64,000 nt of DNA from Promethearchaeota archaeon (GTDB lineage: Archaea; Asgardarchaeota; Lokiarchaeia; Sigyniarchaeales; SOKP01): positions 1 through 64,000 of the forward strand of contig JAHPZI010000001.1 of NCBI GenBank assembly GCA_019058295.1, in the 5' to 3' direction. The translations under genes were made by a program, and so were the position numbers. Under the pieces are notes generated by a model. That model did not search any database. It was not told where the DNA came from and saw only the letters and a list, made by a program, of their open reading frames with translations. Positions 51,572 through 61,854 of the stretch are shown here, one piece after another; position 1 is the first letter of the stretch, and the number at the start of each line of letters is the position of its first letter.

Positions 51572-52308
51572 AAATGTCAGAAAAAGTATTATATATAGAA
51601 TTAACACCTGAGGAATTTAAAGAACGGTTATCAAAGGCTCCGATTGCCTATTTACCTTTAGGAACTCTTGAATGGCATGGTCGGCATATGCCATTGGGAG
51701 CAGATGGATTGATATCTTCTGGCTTTTTTAGGGAGCTTGCGAAAAAAGTGGGGGGCATTGTTCTTCCAATGCTATTTTTAGGCCCTGACAAATCGAGAGA
51801 TGTGGATGGAAAAGAATATTATGGGATGGATATTCATAGTTATCCTAATCAACACCCTCAAAAACTTTTGGGTAGCGCTTATTGGATAAAAAAAAAGCTT
51901 TTTAGGGATGTTCTTGAAGAAATCTTAAAACAGCTTAAAAGAGCAGGGTTTAAAATTGTTGTAGCACATGGTCATGGTCCCTCTACCATGGCTTTTTATT
52001 CGGGTATTACGAAGTGGAGAAGTGAATTAGGTCTTGAGCTGTTTACATGCTGGCGAGATAAAGAATCAGATGGTCTTGGAATACAAACGGATCATGCTGC
52101 GGCAAATGAAACATCCCTTATGATGGCTTTGAGACCAGATCTCGTCAAAATAGAAAATCTTCCAAAAGATAAGGATAAAAAGCCACTTGGGCTTCTGGGC
52201 AAAGATCCCCGCAAATTCGCAAGCTCTGAGGAGGGAAAGAAAATAATCTCGTTACAAGTAGATCGAATGGCAGAAATTCTTAAAGAAACATTAAATAAAA
52301 TTAATTAA
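51568..52308 (+). CDS. creatininase-family amidohydrolase
   Basis: PLGTLEWHGRHMPLGAD, HGHG, DHAAANETS. Confidence 0.9.
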   Translation: MKMSEKVLYIELTPEEFKERLSKAPIAYLPLGTLEWHGRHMPLGADGLISSGFFRELAKKVGGIVLPMLFLGPDKSRDVDGKEYYGMDIHSYPNQHPQKLLGSAYWIKKKLFRDVLEEILKQLKRAGFKIVVAHGHGPSTMAFYSGITKWRSELGLELFTCWRDKESDGLGIQTDHAAANETSLMMALRPDLVKIENLPKDKDKKPLGLLGKDPRKFASSEEGKKIISLQVDRMAEILKETLNKIN

Positions 52309-52368
52309 ATCTTTTTGGATTTAATATTTATGATAACAATGATATAAAAATGAGGATAATTTAAAGGT

Positions 52369-52812
52369 GTGGATAAATTGAGTGAGGAGGAAGAACAGTC
52401 TTTAACGATGTGTTGGTTTGGTATGTACCAACCTTATGCAACTTCAATAGTTCATGTTCCTGAACAGGAAATTAGCCCTGATGAGGTGGATAAGAAAGAT
52501 CTAGTGTTTATTTGGGATAAATATATGAAGGCAGATATATTAAGTGATCTTTTAGGGACACCTGTGCCATGGTCTCCTGCTTTAATTAAGGGGTATTCTC
52601 GTAAATGGAAAAAAGAAGATAGAAGTTTTACTTGCGAATTGGTTCAAAAGGAGGGTGGCGAATGTCTTGGAGCAGTGTTATTGATATCGAGATTAAGTGA
52701 AGGCCAATTAAATCCCCTTATTGAGAGTTATAAAGTTCGAGGTTATTCTTTAAAAAAAGCTAAAGTTCTTATTGGAGATTTAACACGAGAGATATTGGCG
52801 TTTTTGCCATGA
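52369..52812 (+). CDS. hypothetical protein (possibly GGCT/ChaC-like fold)
   Basis: 147-aa ORF with GTG start after AAGGT. The 'ALIKGYSRKW...CLGAVL...GY' pattern is only weakly suggestive. Confidence 0.55.
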   Translation: MDKLSEEEEQSLTMCWFGMYQPYATSIVHVPEQEISPDEVDKKDLVFIWDKYMKADILSDLLGTPVPWSPALIKGYSRKWKKEDRSFTCELVQKEGGECLGAVLLISRLSEGQLNPLIESYKVRGYSLKKAKVLIGDLTREILAFLP

Positions 52813-52864
52813 TTACGACTTTTCACAAATAAAAAAATGGTAGGAAACTTTGAATATAACTAAT

Positions 52865-53263
52865 TTATTTCATAATAAACAGACGTTCATGATAACTAGT
52901 AAATTGATTTGATAATATACGATATTTACAATCGTCCCATTTTTTTCTAAAATAATAAAAATATTCTGAAATTTCCAGTGGATCGCCAAAAATAACTTTA
53001 TAGTTTCTAATAATTGAAATTTGTATGTCAATTGGAAACAATTCAAAAACTCGGATATCAAATTTTAGGGGAAATTTACCTAAAAGTGATTTCTGTAATT
53101 CAATATTCTGCTTCTCATTTTTATTTCGGGTAATAATGGCAATATCAATATCAGATTCAGGACGCATACCACCTTCTACAACCGACCCAAATAAAATTAT
53201 TTCATATTTTTCTTTTAAAGGCTCTAAAATCTCTTTCATTTCTTCAATCTTTGGTAATTTCAT
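52865..53263 (-). CDS. MNT minimal nucleotidyltransferase antitoxin (MntA-like)
   Basis: FGS-x10-DID motif. Overlaps the HEPN gene. Confidence 0.88.
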   Translation of the reverse strand: MKLPKIEEMKEILEPLKEKYEIILFGSVVEGGMRPESDIDIAIITRNKNEKQNIELQKSLLGKFPLKFDIRVFELFPIDIQISIIRNYKVIFGDPLEISEYFYYFRKKWDDCKYRILSNQFTSYHERLFIMK

Positions 53264-53654
53264 TTAATGTTACCTCCACAACATCTAACCATTGATACAA
53301 TAACTCTTTAATTTCATCAACAGAGTCTAATATAATTTGTTCATCAATCTCATTATAACGATGGACTAAGATATTCCGTAATCCATTGGCTTTTTTTAAC
53401 TTAACTCCTAATTCAGGATTTAAATTTCTTTTTTTTACTATAGTGGTAATATTTATCTCATCATCTTTTACTTGAATACCTAAATCTTTAATTAGCATTG
53501 CTATTAAATCAACGATAGATTCAATTGCCGTCTGAATCGAATAAAAAATGCCACGCTTTTCAAATTTATTTTTTATATCTATTGGCAAATCCTCGATATT
53601 GTCAACAATGTAATTTATTTTATCATGATAACGCTTTAGTCTCAGCTCATCCAT
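53244..53654 (-). CDS. HEPN/DUF86 RNase toxin (HepT-like)
   Basis: QTAIESIVD, GLRNILVHRY (Rx4HxY). Confidence 0.9.
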   Translation of the reverse strand: MDELRLKRYHDKINYIVDNIEDLPIDIKNKFEKRGIFYSIQTAIESIVDLIAMLIKDLGIQVKDDEINITTIVKKRNLNPELGVKLKKANGLRNILVHRYNEIDEQIILDSVDEIKELLYQWLDVVEVTLNEITKD

Positions 53655-53808
53655 TTAAATTTCTCATTAAAATTTATATATCGGTCTTATAAGTTATATA
53701 ATGTATCTTTCTTATTAATTTTCAGACTCCACTAGATTATTTTAATTTTTAGTTAACCTATTCAGTAAAATCGTAATCTATTTATGAGAATAAACGTTTA
53801 AATATATA

Positions 53809-54513
53809 ATGAAGACAGAAAAAAAGAATCACGACGGTGAGTCGTGCCAATCCACTAATAATCCCAGCGAGTGGAAGGGAAGAACAATAGAAATTGACGA
53901 TGCTGGGACGGGGGATTTAGTCGGAGATGCCTTCATCGGCTTTCGAGACACAGAGAGCGAGAAGATAATCTTTAGATCAATTCCCGTAGGGCTCTATAAT
54001 GAAGAGAATAAGGGCGAGGATAAGGTAAAAAAGCACATTGTAAAGATAACTATCGACGCTCTTAGAGCACTTAAACATACTAAAGGAGATCGTATCCTTC
54101 TATGTAGGGGTAATTGTTTCGATCCTGTGAGGGAATATTTTAACGAGAACGATATATATTACGAACCCGCAATTGTAGAAGGGAAACTTCAGGATGCGGT
54201 GGAAGGTAAATTGATTCAGCATCTCAGAAAATTAGGAGTATCTTCAAAGAATCTGACCAAAGAGGCAGGTATACAAAGATATTTCGTCTTGTTTGATTGG
54301 GTGTGCCGAGACTTTCCAAATCGTGAGAGGTTTGTTAAGACAGGATTTCCCGCATGGAAAAAGAAATGGAGAAATATCGCAATCAAGCGATATAAAAAGG
54401 ATCAGAGAAAAGTGTTTCAAAAAAAGAGTGACATCGAGCGAAGGGCAAAAGAGATAAATAAAAATATGTTAGAGAAGCCCATTTCCGTGAGAGACGCCTT
54501 CTCTGATAATTAA
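53809..54513 (+). CDS. uncharacterised protein with an RNase H-like N-terminal motif
   Basis: IEIDDAGTGDLVG resembles the RNase HII DEAGRG motif. Also LCRG..FD and KTG. Confidence 0.6.
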   Translation: MKTEKKNHDGESCQSTNNPSEWKGRTIEIDDAGTGDLVGDAFIGFRDTESEKIIFRSIPVGLYNEENKGEDKVKKHIVKITIDALRALKHTKGDRILLCRGNCFDPVREYFNENDIYYEPAIVEGKLQDAVEGKLIQHLRKLGVSSKNLTKEAGIQRYFVLFDWVCRDFPNRERFVKTGFPAWKKKWRNIAIKRYKKDQRKVFQKKSDIERRAKEINKNMLEKPISVRDAFSDN

Positions 54514-54576
54514 AAGTTTTACTTTTGATGTTAAAATAACTGCTCAAGGAAAAACCTTCCTTTAGGGAGGAGTGGT

Positions 54577-55131
54577 TCAAACTTCCATTGATTGATCCAC
54601 AATGGTTAAGTCTCTATAATTTATGATTTTGCTTATTAATGACTCAAATACCACGTTGATGTTATATCCCGTTTTCGAGGAGACTTTACAATATCCGCTT
54701 ATATTATTGTCTTCGATAAACTCACGAACGTATTCATCATCAACTGTGATAGAATCTACTAAATCATATTTAGATCCTAGAAGTAGAATAGGGAGTGTGG
54801 GATCATCTTTACGGACAATCTTTATCCAATTAGGTAAATTATGAAAACTCATATAGTTTGTTAAATCAAACATTAAAAATGCCCCCGCAGCACCCTTTAC
54901 AAAACTATCGAGGATGAATCGGAACCTATCTTGTCCGCCAAAGTCCCATAATTGTAATGAGCAGACTGCCCCCTCTTTTAATGTGATTACTTTGTGAAAA
55001 ATATCAGCACCGATCGTCATCTTCGAATCAAACAAGAATGTACCATTAACATAGCGGTGTAGCATAGTAGTTTTTCCTACACCACCATCCCCACCAATAA
55101 TGATTTTAAAGATTAAACTAGGTTGAATCAT
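54577..55131 (-). CDS. Rab-like small GTPase (copy 3); start set to ATG 55131 by paralog alignment
   Basis: MIQPSLIFKIIIGGDGGVGKT, WDFGGQDRF, SKYD, SSK. Confidence 0.93.
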   Translation of the reverse strand: MIQPSLIFKIIIGGDGGVGKTTMLHRYVNGTFLFDSKMTIGADIFHKVITLKEGAVCSLQLWDFGGQDRFRFILDSFVKGAAGAFLMFDLTNYMSFHNLPNWIKIVRKDDPTLPILLLGSKYDLVDSITVDDEYVREFIEDNNISGYCKVSSKTGYNINVVFESLISKIINYRDLTIVDQSMEV

Positions 55132-55273
55132 TAAACTTGTGCAGTTCAATCTGATTATTAAAATTTACTTTTATAAAAAATTAGTTTTGTTTTTTATTTA
55201 TGTCTCGGGAGTTTTGCTGCGTTTCTCATATTTCTAAGGGTTCAGATTGATTTTCTAATATATATTATCTTAT

Positions 55274-55846
55274 TTATTTCCATTCCAACCCGCATTCGCC
55301 GCATATATATTTCTTACCATACATTCTTGGGGATTCCATGATAATTCTTGTTTTATCAACTTTTTCATGAATTGAGGCAGGATTAGAATTGCCACAATTA
55401 GGGCATTTTCTCCTGATTCCGGCGGAGGGTTCTGAGACTCCTAACACTTGCTCTTTGATTACTTCAGACGGTTTTTTTGGCGCAATATCAGAAGCTTTAG
55501 GAACTGAGGCAACCTTTTCTGATTTTGCCTTTTCAGCAACATATCTATCTTGATTTTTCTTGTAGTCTTCGATTTCTCTTTCTAATTCAGCAATTTTCAT
55601 TTTATACATTTCTTTATCTTTTGTTAATTCACTTACATTAATTCCTCTAGTTTCCATATCCCTATTTTCTTCTCTTAACTTTTTATTTTCTTCTCTTAGC
55701 GTTTTAATTTCTTCTTCAGCATCTTTTAATTTCTTAGTTAAGGCGGAAATTGTTTTTTCCAGAGTCTTAATAGTGTTTGTTAATGTTTGTATAAATTCTT
55801 GTGGATCATCGGATTCCTTTCCATTATTTTGATTGAATTCGTTCAT
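55274..55846 (-). CDS. coiled-coil protein with C-terminal zinc ribbon
   Basis: Heptad-rich N-terminal half, then CPNCG...CGECG.EW. Confidence 0.8.
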   Translation of the reverse strand: MNEFNQNNGKESDDPQEFIQTLTNTIKTLEKTISALTKKLKDAEEEIKTLREENKKLREENRDMETRGINVSELTKDKEMYKMKIAELEREIEDYKKNQDRYVAEKAKSEKVASVPKASDIAPKKPSEVIKEQVLGVSEPSAGIRRKCPNCGNSNPASIHEKVDKTRIIMESPRMYGKKYICGECGLEWK

Positions 55847-55937
55847 TTTTCTTTACTACTTCATTTTTAATATTCAAATAAAGTATTAGGTTTAAAAAGC
55901 TTTTCATAATTATAAAATATGAAGGTGAATAGATAAC

Positions 55938-56936
55938 ATGTTAGAAAAAGAAGCACAATTGAGAATTCCTCCCGAATTGGCGAAGTTAATAGCAATAAAA
56001 AACTCAATGAACGAGAAAGCATTAGAGGAGTTTACAGAGAAGAAAAGGAGTGAAGGCATATCTGTGAGTGAAGCTCTGAAAAATAACGATTTTAATCTAA
56101 TAATGGAACTTGCACGTTATCAAAATCAATATATTGCTTTAAATATGTATGAACCCCTTCCCGAAGATGTTAAGTGCGAATTGATTGATGCCGATGGAGT
56201 AGCAGCAGAGTGGATTAGTAACCCTAATATCATAAATAACCAAATACTTTTTCATTTATTTGGAGGTGGCTATGTTATGGGAAGTCTTGAAACCAGAAGG
56301 AGGATCCCTTTTCTTCTAGGGCGAATATCAAAATTACGCTCTTTAAATATCGGATATCGTCTCGCTCCGGAACATCCTTTTCCAGCGGCATTGGAGGATT
56401 CCATTAAAGCTTATCGTTGGTTACTTTCTACTGGAATTGCCCCGGAAAATATTGTGTTCTCGGGGGCCTCTGCGGGTGGAGGTTTAGTCATTGCTACGCT
56501 TTTGAGATTACGAGAATTAGGAGTTGCTTTGCCTGCAGCAACGGTCCTACTTTCACCATGGGTTGATTTAGCGCTAACTGGAGATTTATTAAAAATAAAT
56601 GCTAAATTTGAACCAAATATAACGGTGCCGATGCTTAGAGGATTGGCAATGGCGTATTTACGGGGGAAAGATCCAAAAAATCCTTTAGCATCTCCTCTTT
56701 ATGCAGATTTGAAAGGGCTCCCTCCGATGCTGATTCAAGCAGGGGGCATTGAAGTGCTATTGGATGATTCAGTTAGGCTAGCTGAGCATGCTAAAGCGTC
56801 TGGAGTTGAGGTAAACTTAGAAGTATGGGATGGTATGACTCATGTATTCCAGAATTATGGCGATTCTTTAACACATAGTCGACAAGCAATTGAAAATGTC
56901 GGCAAGTTTATTCAAAAAACTTTAAGGCAAGAATAA
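55938..56936 (+). CDS. HSL-family alpha/beta hydrolase (esterase)
   Basis: FGGGY, YRLAPEHPFPAA, GASAGG, SPW, H in GMTHVF. Confidence 0.92.
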   Translation: MLEKEAQLRIPPELAKLIAIKNSMNEKALEEFTEKKRSEGISVSEALKNNDFNLIMELARYQNQYIALNMYEPLPEDVKCELIDADGVAAEWISNPNIINNQILFHLFGGGYVMGSLETRRRIPFLLGRISKLRSLNIGYRLAPEHPFPAALEDSIKAYRWLLSTGIAPENIVFSGASAGGGLVIATLLRLRELGVALPAATVLLSPWVDLALTGDLLKINAKFEPNITVPMLRGLAMAYLRGKDPKNPLASPLYADLKGLPPMLIQAGGIEVLLDDSVRLAEHAKASGVEVNLEVWDGMTHVFQNYGDSLTHSRQAIENVGKFIQKTLRQE

Positions 56937-56959
56937 TTTAAACTAACAGATTTAAATCT

Positions 56960-57163
56960 CTAACTTTTTTTATATCTCCTCTTAAATTTTATCTTTTTTC
57001 TAGGTTTTCTGCGTCCGAAAATACTAAAACGAGCATGAGTAGTTAGCATTCTCTCATGTGCTCTCTTGCCAGAGTATACCTCTCGCCGGTCTTTTTCTAA
57101 TGCTCCTTGAGTACTTTTTATTTTTTCTATTGTGGTTTTATGAGTTTTTCTTTTAGATCCCAT
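56960..57163 (-). CDS. small basic hypothetical protein
   Basis: 67-aa K/R-rich ORF filling an intergenic gap. Confidence 0.5.
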   Translation of the reverse strand: MGSKRKTHKTTIEKIKSTQGALEKDRREVYSGKRAHERMLTTHARFSIFGRRKPRKKIKFKRRYKKS

Positions 57164-57289
57164 TTTTTTTCTTTCTTTATCAGAAATAATAATCTCTAAT
57201 TATTATAAATTCATAATCCCCCACTCTTTATAAGGTGCATATCTAATTATTGACTTATACAGCGTCTAAAGGAAAACTATTTACTAGAG

Positions 57290-58639
57290 TTGATTAATAA
57301 ATTGCCGTCTACTTTAGAAAAGATACGGATCTTAGGAAGGAATTCAAAATATGATATTTGTGCTAGTACTGCGTCCAGTCGTACGAAAAAATATCCAACG
57401 CTTTTTGGAGATTCGAAAGATTGGGTTGGAGCTACAGCTAGTGCTGGGATATGCCATAGTTATACGCCTGATGGTCGCTGCATGAGTCTTTTTAAAACTC
57501 TATATACTAATAAGTGCATATACAATTGTAGCTATTGTTTTTCTCGTATTTGTAAGCAAAAGGTGAGTTTCACGCCTGAAGAATATGCACGCACCTTTAT
57601 GAAACTCTATTCGATGAATGTAGTGGAAGGAATATTCATAAGTTCGGGAGTTTGTGGTAGTGCTGATGAAACAACCGAGGAAATGCTGGAAGCGGTTAGA
57701 TTACTTCGATATAAATATCATTTTCAAGGGTATATTCATTTTAAGTGTTTACCTGGAGTAAGTCAGCATCTCCTTAAAGAGGCGATAGCTCTTTCCGATC
57801 GTATCTCAGTTAATACAGAAGCTTCCACTAAAGGATATCTCGCTGAAATCGCAGAACAGAAAGATTTTAAAAATGATATTATTACACGTCAACGTTGGTT
57901 AAAGCAGATTCGCCTTAACCACAATGAAGAAGTCCTGAAAATCATGAAAGATTTGAGACAAGATAATCAGTTGGAATTCCGAGAAAAAATGATAAAGGAT
58001 CGAAGAGAGAATGGATATAAAAAATTTCGATGGGATGGGGCTCCAATTCTCAATAGTGGTCAAACCACCCAATTTGTAGTAGGCGCTGCTGAAAATGAAA
58101 CTGATTGGGATCTTCTTAATAGAATCGATTGGCAATATAAAGCAGTCGATTTACGCCGCGCATATTTTTCTTCTTTCACTCCAATCGAAGGAACACCATT
58201 TGCAAATAAAAAGGCAGAATCATTGGCAAGAGAACATCGGTTATATCAAAGTGATTGGCTATTGCGAATTTATCATTATAAATTAAGAGATTTAAAAGAA
58301 GTCTTAACAGAGGAAGGCAATTTGCCCATGGGAGACCCGAAGATCCATTTTGCCAGACATTATTTTAAAGAGCATGGCCTTGTTGATCCTAAACATGCAT
58401 CTTACCAAGAATTAATCAGAGTTCCTGGCATTGGTCCTATTTCAGCTAAACGAATAATTAATTTGCAATCACAAAAAATTAAGTTTAACCGTCGAGAGGA
58501 TCTAAAATCTGTCGGTGTCGTGTTAAAAAGGGCTGATCCTTTCTTAAAAATAAATGGTCGAAATCAAACAACTCTTTCTACTTTTTTCGATCTTGATGAA
58601 GGCAAAAGTCCACAGAAGAATATTGGGGGTATTATATGA
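57290..58639 (+). CDS. putative DNA modification/repair radical SAM protein with HhH motif (TIGR03916-like)
   Basis: KYDICAS, GICHSYTPDGRC, CIYNCSYC, GQTTQFVVG, REHRLYQSDWLLR, RVPGIG. Confidence 0.92.
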   Translation: MINKLPSTLEKIRILGRNSKYDICASTASSRTKKYPTLFGDSKDWVGATASAGICHSYTPDGRCMSLFKTLYTNKCIYNCSYCFSRICKQKVSFTPEEYARTFMKLYSMNVVEGIFISSGVCGSADETTEEMLEAVRLLRYKYHFQGYIHFKCLPGVSQHLLKEAIALSDRISVNTEASTKGYLAEIAEQKDFKNDIITRQRWLKQIRLNHNEEVLKIMKDLRQDNQLEFREKMIKDRRENGYKKFRWDGAPILNSGQTTQFVVGAAENETDWDLLNRIDWQYKAVDLRRAYFSSFTPIEGTPFANKKAESLAREHRLYQSDWLLRIYHYKLRDLKEVLTEEGNLPMGDPKIHFARHYFKEHGLVDPKHASYQELIRVPGIGPISAKRIINLQSQKIKFNRREDLKSVGVVLKRADPFLKINGRNQTTLSTFFDLDEGKSPQKNIGGII

Positions 58640-59304
58640 ACAAGAAAAACCATTGCCACGATCCATTAAAAGTTATTGGTCGTGCTAAAGGATTTTCACG
58701 AATGGAATTGATCCGTAAGCTACCCCGCCATAGCAAATTTACTCCAAATATTATACAACAAATTGAAAAGCTACCAGAGGTTCTCCTACGCAATTCGGGT
58801 TCTCCAATGGCCAAGAAATTGATCCGAATGATGCGAGAAGTTAATACTGAAGTATATAGAGCAATACAATTTACACGGACAGAAATAAATAATCGAGGTG
58901 TATTATACGGAGTCGTCTTACTCAAACATCATGTAATTGATCTTGTCTTGAGGTATTTTCATAAAAGATGGCCACAATGTGTCATCTGCTTGTATAATGA
59001 ACATACTCGTAAAACGGGGATTATTAATGAAAAAGCGACCATTAAAGAATTGAAATTACCTCTTAAAGATGCGGTTAAAAAAATTAGTAAAAATCGCCCC
59101 CTTATCCCATACTTTGATGATATCCAATTTTCTGGAAAGGAAATATTCGAAACCCTTTACCAGTCTCAAAATATTGTTGAACGAGAGAATCCTCGCTACT
59201 TCAAGCAAATGATCCCTGACAAATGTTATGAATTACCAGGGATGAGAAACGGTATAGAAAAACGGTATTTCTCTCGAAACAAGAAGCTAAATGAATTTCT
59301 TTAA
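58636..59304 (+). CDS. DUF4130-like partner of the radical SAM repair protein
   Basis: ATGA overlap with the upstream gene. REV..E...AIQFTR, YFHKRW, Y.SQNI.ERENP...QMIP. Confidence 0.8.
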   Translation: MNKKNHCHDPLKVIGRAKGFSRMELIRKLPRHSKFTPNIIQQIEKLPEVLLRNSGSPMAKKLIRMMREVNTEVYRAIQFTRTEINNRGVLYGVVLLKHHVIDLVLRYFHKRWPQCVICLYNEHTRKTGIINEKATIKELKLPLKDAVKKISKNRPLIPYFDDIQFSGKEIFETLYQSQNIVERENPRYFKQMIPDKCYELPGMRNGIEKRYFSRNKKLNEFL

Positions 59305-59386
59305 TAATAATACATTTAAAATCTTTTTTTAAAAAATTAATTTATAGGAGATTTAATAAATCACCTATTAATTCAATTAGATTTCA

Positions 59387-59794
59387 TTAATCTGATTTTT
59401 TTGCAATGAGATCTGAAAAAGGCAATACAATTATATCTCCAATAATAAAGGTTCCAAAGATTACGACGTGCAATATTGCGTACAAAGGAAATTGTCCTAT
59501 AATTAAAAGAGGTAGAAAAACAGCAATGAACCATATCACCTTGTAGCAGAGTTGCATTAACAAAATAGGCATAAACTTAATAGGGTTTCGTAAGCCCAAT
59601 ATGGATAAAAGTGTGAATGATAGATAAATACTGCCAGTAATACCCAATACTATTGGATCTTGTTTAGGCCATCCAAACATAGATATCATCATGTAGGGAG
59701 CAATTAGAATTCCTAATCCAAAGATTACGGTAATAATAATTGTATATATGTACATGATTTTCAATTTCAGCTCAAGATCAATTTTTTCCAACAT
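59387..59794 (-). CDS. small four-TM membrane protein
   Basis: Four hydrophobic segments, LRNPIKFMPILLMQLCYK. Confidence 0.75.
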   Translation of the reverse strand: MLEKIDLELKLKIMYIYTIIITVIFGLGILIAPYMMISMFGWPKQDPIVLGITGSIYLSFTLLSILGLRNPIKFMPILLMQLCYKVIWFIAVFLPLLIIGQFPLYAILHVVIFGTFIIGDIIVLPFSDLIAKKSD

Positions 59795-59993
59795 TTATTT
59801 TTCACCTTTTCTGATAATTTTTTGAATAAAAATTTAGAAATTTTTTTAATTATTTAATTAATATAAATATTTGGAAAAAAAAGTCAAACATTTTTCCTTT
59901 TCTCATATTTGTCGGTAAGATTTTTATTTAAAACAATTAAGAGATAAATTATACTTTATTTAATAACATCATTTATGATTTGAGAAGAAAAAC

Positions 59994-61823
59994 ATGACAA
60001 TGAATCAAAATCAAGATGCAAATCCATTTAAGCAGAGAGATGAGTATTATTTTCAACAGCGGTTTGAAGATTATTCAGTCAGTTCTACTTATATACCAAT
60101 GCGAGATGGTGTGAAAATTGCCGTAACTATTTGTTTACCAAAAGGTTTATCACTGGGAGAAAAGATACCCGCATTACTTTATCAGACCCGCTATCATAGG
60201 GCTCACCATCTTCGATTACCTTTTAGATGGATATGGAATGAGATTGTGGATTATTATCCAAAAACGGAGTTATTTACTGCCGGTGGATATGCAGTTATAT
60301 ATGTTGATGTAAGAGGTTGTGGTGCTTCATATGGCTATAGGATAGGGCCTTTTTCTGAAGAAGAAGTTAAAGACGGGTGTGATGTTGCTGATTGGATTAT
60401 CAAGCAACCATGGTCAGATGGCAATGTGATATCTAATGGCATTTCTTATACAGGATTTACAGCAGAATGGTTAGCAACTAATAATCACCCCTCAGTGAAA
60501 AGTGTAATGCCTGGTCATAGTGGTTGGGATCCGTTTGTTGATATGATTTTACCTGGAGGGTGTTTTAACACGGCATTTATCCAATTATGGTCGTTTTATG
60601 GGAAACAACTAGATCAAAACACACAAAAACAAATGAAGATCCTCGTCCCATTTCGTTGGCTGCTAATGAGGGGGGTAAAACATGTCCATTCAGATATCAA
60701 TTTTACTGAATTAAAAAAAGCTATACAGGATCATAATATTAATGAAGCTGTTTTTGACAATATTTATGAGGTAAATTATCGCGATGATGTGGTTAAAATT
60801 GGAGATGTAGTGAGTTCGTTTGGAGACCGAAGTATTTTCACACATCAGCAGGATTTACAAAAATTAAATATCCCGATCTATAGCTGGGCTTCATGGTTAG
60901 ATGCGAATTTTGCGGATGTTGTTATCGAACGTTTTTTGAATTTGACAAATCCCCAGATTGCTATTATTGGTGATTGGAATCATGGCGCCCATCTTCCAGC
61001 TAATCCATTTGATCCATCACGAGCAGCGGTAGTCCCTTCTCCGCATGAGCGTATTAAAACTGAAATTAGCTTTTTCAATAAAGTTCTAAAAGGAAATTTT
61101 TCCGAAAAAACCTTATACTACTATACGATGGGTGAAGAGAGGTGGAAAAAATCAGAAATTTGGCCTCCATTAGGTCAGACTTTGCAGAGATGGTATTTAC
61201 AAGAGAATAATGGTTTTTCTAAAGAGGAACCTGAAGCAAATGAAGGAGCAGACGATTATAAGGTCAATTATAGAGCAACCACCGGTTTTTTTAATCGTTG
61301 GATGGGACCTGCTGGTACGCCTATTAGATATACCACTAGAACAAAAGACGATGAAAAATTACTTTTATATACGAGCCTTCCTTTAGAAAATGATTTAGAA
61401 ATAACCGGAAATCCAATAATTACTTTATATCTTTCTTCAACACATGAAGATGGAGCAGTATTCGTCTACTTAGAAGATGTTGATGAAGAGGGTAATGTAA
61501 CTTATTTTACTGATGGAAACTTGCGATTAATCCATAGAAAAATATCATCAGAGAAACCCCCCTATAAAACACTTATCCCCTATCATACATTTTTGAAAAA
61601 AGATGCTCTTCCACTAGTTCCGAATGAGGTTTCAGAAATAAAATTTGGCTTACATGCAACTTCTGTTTTAGTTAAGAAAGGTCATAGAATTCGTTTAGCA
61701 ATTGCAGGGGCAGATAAAGAGGTTTTTAAACGCTATCCTGCTAAAGGAAAACCCATAATTACCATTGAACGGAATAAAAAAAATCCGTCTTTTATTGATA
61801 TTCCAATTATAAATAGAGAGTAA
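59994..61823 (+). CDS. CocE/NonD-family serine hydrolase
   Basis: MRDGVKIA, DVRGCGAS.G, QPWSDG, GISY, GDWNH, and a PepX-C-like C-terminus. Confidence 0.92.
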   Translation: MTMNQNQDANPFKQRDEYYFQQRFEDYSVSSTYIPMRDGVKIAVTICLPKGLSLGEKIPALLYQTRYHRAHHLRLPFRWIWNEIVDYYPKTELFTAGGYAVIYVDVRGCGASYGYRIGPFSEEEVKDGCDVADWIIKQPWSDGNVISNGISYTGFTAEWLATNNHPSVKSVMPGHSGWDPFVDMILPGGCFNTAFIQLWSFYGKQLDQNTQKQMKILVPFRWLLMRGVKHVHSDINFTELKKAIQDHNINEAVFDNIYEVNYRDDVVKIGDVVSSFGDRSIFTHQQDLQKLNIPIYSWASWLDANFADVVIERFLNLTNPQIAIIGDWNHGAHLPANPFDPSRAAVVPSPHERIKTEISFFNKVLKGNFSEKTLYYYTMGEERWKKSEIWPPLGQTLQRWYLQENNGFSKEEPEANEGADDYKVNYRATTGFFNRWMGPAGTPIRYTTRTKDDEKLLLYTSLPLENDLEITGNPIITLYLSSTHEDGAVFVYLEDVDEEGNVTYFTDGNLRLIHRKISSEKPPYKTLIPYHTFLKKDALPLVPNEVSEIKFGLHATSVLVKKGHRIRLAIAGADKEVFKRYPAKGKPIITIERNKKNPSFIDIPIINRE

Positions 61824-61854
61824 AAAATAAAAATTTAATAATTAAAAAGAAGAG

